Source: Podarcis melisellensis
Lineage: Eukaryota
Direction: 5' to 3' (one strand)
Length of the DNA stretch: 64,000 nucleotides
NCBI GenBank assembly: GCA_964234715.1
Contig: OZ174276.1
The position numbers and the translations under genes are program-made. This document shows, in pieces, positions 63,174-64,000 of this stretch. Numbering within the stretch: the first letter of the stretch is position 1; each line of letters opens with the position of its first letter. The notes under the pieces were generated by a model. The model was not told the DNA's origin, made no database searches, and saw only the letters and a list, made by a program, of their open reading frames with translations.

Positions 63174-63399
63174 TATTCTTTTTCATTTGGTAGCCTGGGG
63201 GGGGGGGAATCCCCTTCTGCTTTTGTGGCTGAGTGTTGCCACATTGTGTATGTTGGTGGGTCAGCCAGTCAAATTTATTTGCTAAACACCAATAGCCATC
63301 ACAAAAATGCAAATTTTCAGGTAGAGGGATACATTTTAACAGAGGCGATCCCCAACACATTGGACCCCAACTTGTGTGATAATTTTATTATCTCATCTA

Positions 63400-63596
63400 C
63401 AGTGGTACCTCGGGTTAAGAATTTAATTCGTTCCGGAGGTCCGTTCTTAAGCTGAAACTGTTCTTAACCTGAGGTACCACTTTAGCTAATGGGGCCTCCC
63501 GTTGCCGCCGCACGATTTCTGTTCTCATCCTGAAGGTTATATTTATGGGTTAGCGGAGTCTGTAACCTGAAGCATCCGTAACCTGAGGTACCACTG
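63400..63596. mobile_element. Tigger-like MITE, family A
   Basis: TA|CAGTGGTACCTC...GAGGTACCACTG|TA. Confidence 0.85.
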
Positions 63597-63741
63597 TATT
63601 GGACTGCTAGAGAAACCATGATACCTTTTGTGTAACATATTATCCCTACTAACCAGTAAGTGACAAATTTTACAATGATACACAGCGAACAACATCTTCC
63701 GTTTCTCTCTCTCTGGCCACAGATGCATAAATGAACATTTA

Positions 63742-63979
63742 CAATTGTACCTTGGTTGACGAACAGAATCCATTCCAGAAGTCTGTTCAACTTCCAAAAC
63801 ATTCGTAAACAAAGGCTGATTGGCTGATTGGCCCCAGAAACAATGCCAACAGCCAAAACGGACGTTCGGGTTCCAAAGAACGTTCGCAAACTTGAACACT
63901 CATTTTCGGATTTGCGGCATTCAGGAGCCAAAATGTCTAAGTTCGTCAACCAAGGCGTTCATCAACCAAGGAACGACTG
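63742..63979. mobile_element. Tigger-like MITE, family B (degenerate)
   Basis: CAATTGTACCTTGGTTGA...TCAACCAAGGAACGACTG. Confidence 0.7.
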
Positions 63980-64000
63980 CACAGGCATTCCACTGCATCT

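Noticed and set aside
62658-63455. Longest ORFs in the track (228 aa, 136 aa, etc.)
   Set aside because: They arise from the GC-rich palindromic Tc2-like MITE; no recognisable domain or transposase motif

Overview
Vertebrate nuclear DNA from a lacertid lizard (POM-type Sauria SINEs and Squam3-like SINEs, recognised from memory). The + strand carries the complete coding sequence of MBTD1, a Polycomb/NuA4-TIP60 reader with an FCS zinc finger and 4 MBT repeats. It has 15 core GT-AG coding exons (6724-44023, 629 aa), a 192-nt in-frame cassette exon and a ~4 kb 3'UTR. Tail-to-tail on the - strand are a complete NME2 (NDP kinase B, 153 aa, own CpG-island promoter) and the last two exons of NME1, matching the amniote NME1-NME2-MBTD1 synteny. 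Introns and spacers hold many TEs: Tigger- and Tc2-like MITEs, hAT MITEs with 8-bp TSDs, SINEs, and L2, L1, CR1, Rex1/Babar and Penelope fragments. Best leads: (1) the NME1-exon4 to NME2-exon2 read-through splice is in frame and NME1 lacks a nearby canonical polyA signal; (2) alternative and stop-containing exons in the last MBTD1 intron; (3) a ~220-nt rod-like fold-back at 19782-19999; (4) a telomere-repeat-carrying hAT MITE upstream of NME2; (5) a 77-nt pre-miRNA-like MITE hairpin. I found no clearly novel multi-gene system. All gene and TE family calls rest on manual translation and recalled sequences, not database searches.
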